The notes beneath the pieces were generated by a model. The model was not told the origin of the DNA. It saw nothing but the letters and a program-made list of their open reading frames with translations, and made no database searches. A DNA stretch of 63,994 nt, the filler included, from Dirinaria sp. TL-2023a (taxonomy: Eukaryota): NCBI GenBank assembly GCA_051941275.1. It is 4 parts of 4 records of this genome, joined end to end, with 100 filler letters (N's around TTAATTAATTAA, not from the genome) between each part and the next. Parts side by side here need not be neighbours in the genome. Positions count along the whole stretch, not along the records: positions 48,466 to 63,994 come from JAVEBF010000541.1; 3 more parts are not named here. One strand, given 5' to 3'. Below, piece by piece: positions 61,270 through 63,994 of the stretch. Numbering within the stretch: the stretch's first letter is position 1; every line of letters begins with the position of its first letter. The translations under genes and the position numbers were made by a program.

Positions 61270-63702
61270 ATGGAGGCCGCTTCGGCGCGCTACGCAGCAA
61301 GAGATCGTTTTGGTGGATTTGGAGAGCCTGCGCAAACTCCAATGCAGCGATACATTCGTATGTCCGCGCAATGCTATAACATGGCGTAAATCAACCTTTA
61401 TTGATGTACCTTGCCAGAAAACGCGGTCGACCCTATGAACTTCGAACCCAATCTAGCCCTCGACCTCGAAATAGCCGACCTGATCAATTCCAAAAAAGGC
61501 ACTGCGTATGGGCCGGACAAATATCAAGCAGAAGATGAGGCTGACAACTGGGAAGACCGAGAGAAGCCGCTATAGCAATCGTCAACTATGTCAATAACCG
61601 CAACCCCAATGTCTCTGTCCTCGCCCTCACGGTATGCCTCCTATCAGCTAATCTGGGCTACTTCACTTACACGCCAGTAGCTCCTCGATATTTGTGTCAA
61701 GAATTGTGGCTACCCCTTTCATCTGCAGATCTCAACCAAAGAGTTCCTGAACGAGCTCGTTCGAAGGTTCCCTGAAAGGCCACCCATGCGGCCCTCGAGG
61801 GTTCAGCAGAGGGTCTTGGAGCTGATAGAAGAATGGCGGCAGACCATATGTCAGACATCAAGATACAAGGAAGATCTAGGCTTCATAAGGGATATGCACC
61901 GGTTACTGTCATTCAAGGGTTACATGTTCCCAGAAGTCCGGAGGGAGGATGCCGCAGTGTTAAATCCAAGTGATGTAAACAGCAGCTCGACTCACATAAG
62001 ATCGGCGGCTGACGTTGTACAGAACCTCCAATCGGCCGAGGAAATGGAGAAAGAAGAACATGCCGCCCAGTCAGCAAAGCTCCAAGAGCTGATACGGCGA
62101 GGAGGGCCAGAAGACTTACAGGAAGCGAACCGCCTTATGAAGGTCATGGCTGGCTACGATACGAAGCACAAAACCGATTACCGAGCGAAGGCTGCAGAAG
62201 AGGTCGCGAAAATACAACAGAAGGCGAAGCTCCTCGAGGAGAGATTGCAGAACACCAAGGAGGGAGAGGTAGCTGCCGAGGGCGAGGTTTTCGAGGTACA
62301 CATGGTTTGCCCAAACAATCCTCCAAGATGAATACTTACATTCCCAGGAACTTGCGAGCGCTCTGCAGAGCGCGCAGCCCAAGATCCAAAGGATGTGTGA
62401 GGAAGAATCAGACGACGCCGAAGCGGTCGCTAAGCTTCTTGAAATCAATGACAGCATACATCGAACAATTGAGCGGTACAAGCTGGTGAAGAAAGGCGAT
62501 TTCGACGCAGCATCCAAAATACCTAAAGGCACTCTCGGGACTTCAACTGGAGTCAGTAAGAATGCCGACAATGAGCTATCTCTAATCGACTTCAGCGGGG
62601 ATGACCCTACGCCAACAGCGGCTCCAACAGAGGGCTCCAGCTCCAACGGGAACGTGCTTCCAAAGCAAGAGTCGCTAGAAGATGACTTGCTAGGTCTGTC
62701 GATGCAAGATAGTACCTATGGCCAAGGTGGTGGTATCGCTTTGGGCTTTGGGGCGAATACGAGTAAGATGCGTGAAGACCTAATCCGATCAGCTACTGAT
62801 GGCCATGGTAAAGATGTTCCAGGACCCTCATTGCCCTCTACACAGCAAAACGCAGCGAGAGCCCCCGCCCCAAGCCCAACTCCTCAGATACAATCAAGCC
62901 AAGTACCCACGAAACCCAATTACGACCCTTTCGCCATCCTAAACAGCTCCCATCCATCGTCCCGCACCTCCACCCCGGCCCCCACATTACTTCAACAACA
63001 GTCCTCTCGACCGCCAAATCCTCCCAGTGATCCTTTCGCCGCTCTATCATCGCCCCCATCTCAGCCTTCGCCATCCCTCAATTCTCAACGACCGCAGCAA
63101 GCATCATCCACCGCCTCGACTTCCTTGTTCGAATTCGCCTCCTCAGCAAACCAGTCATCTCCACGATACCCACCTCCGAACATCCCTCAGCAAACGAACG
63201 GCGCATCAGCCGACGACGAATGGAGTTTCAGCTCCGCCTTACCGGATGAAAACGCAAATCTCCCTGCCTCGAAAGACATCAACGTCCAGAATGGGCCAGT
63301 GGGTATCGTTTTCAGAGCTGGTCGACCTTCGAACAGCAACTCCGTGATTCATATTATGGCCTCATTTTCGAACCATACCAGCAATGCCGTGACGGAATAT
63401 GAATTCCAAGTCGCGGTCACAAAGGTACAGTCCCTCTTTCTCCACTACGCAGATTCATCTATTATCCTTCTACGAAAATTAACATTGACACGACATTCTA
63501 GGCATATACATTACGTCTAGTACCACAATCGGGCCGAACGCTGCAGCCGAGCCAGCAGGACGGCATCACGCAGAATATCGAGATCAACGGCGTGGCCAAG
63601 GGCCAGACGAGTATGGTGAAGATGCGGTGGAAAGCTTCGTATCGGCTTGCTGGGGAGCTGAGAAATGAACAGGGTGAAGTGCCTCCTTTGGGTATCGCTT
63701 AA
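61270..63702 (+). CDS. GGA2: GGA clathrin adaptor (VHS-GAT-GAE); about 8 exons
   Basis: EPNLALDLEIADLINSKKG; LLDICVKNCGYPFHLQISTKEFLNELVRRFPE; AKLQELIRRGGPEDLQEANRLMKVMAG; LIDF clathrin box; GAE ear at C-terminus. Confidence 0.95.
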
Positions 63703-63994
63703 GGAGATTTTGAGAGAGGGTGAGCAGGGGAAAGGGCGGCGGTGTTCTTGCATGGCTCGATAATGAGGGAAATTTGCTAATAGGAGGCACCCTTATGCAT
63801 TGCGCTGGAGTCTGAGGAGAACATCTCCATGGCGGTATACGCGATAGCACGTTATGGAATATTCCATGCTTCGTGGCATCCATCCTTCGTGAGAGCGACT
63901 ATATACAAGAGCATTCATTCCCTCAACTTTTGAAGGCACAGTACCCCTATTCTCTATTCACCCCCCCCCCTCAACCTTACCCTAATAACCCTAA

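Noticed and set aside
63973..63994. Telomere-like CCCTAA words at the window end
   Set aside because: Degenerate, and the C-rich strand is the wrong orientation for a right-hand telomere; cut off by the window edge.

Overview
Filamentous ascomycete (Pezizomycotina) genomic DNA with short GT-AG introns. The window is four unrelated contigs of about 16 kb (1-16064, 16165-32222, 32323-48365, 48466-63994) joined by artificial N-TTAATTAATTAA-N linkers, so adjacency across linkers means nothing. Most genes are housekeeping: RPB5, MTG2-type Obg GTPase, an inactive E2 variant, PRE9, a WW/FF splicing factor, a ZNF830-like gene, BYE1, GPI16, LUC7, SAM decarboxylase (SPE2), GLC8/IPP-2, SNIP1/PML1, a GH55 glucanase, TSR3 and GGA. 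There are also a PTH11-like membrane protein, a secreted WSC protein, several uncharacterised or orphan ORFs and decayed coding remnants. The most interesting element is the roughly 700-nt SPE2 5' leader. It holds an intron-split AUG uORF (MSNKDLLRFLSKPKKPR), an AUG-less 57-codon reading frame ending ...RGELPP-stop and several hairpins, which together look like a polyamine-sensing translational control module. Other leads are a candidate poison 3' splice site in the WW/FF gene, a VPS9-like plus Sel1-like orphan protein, a pseudogene with an unusual CC/GG-depleted mutation signature, and recurrent TACC..GGTA intergenic palindromes. All calls are by eye; no searches were run.
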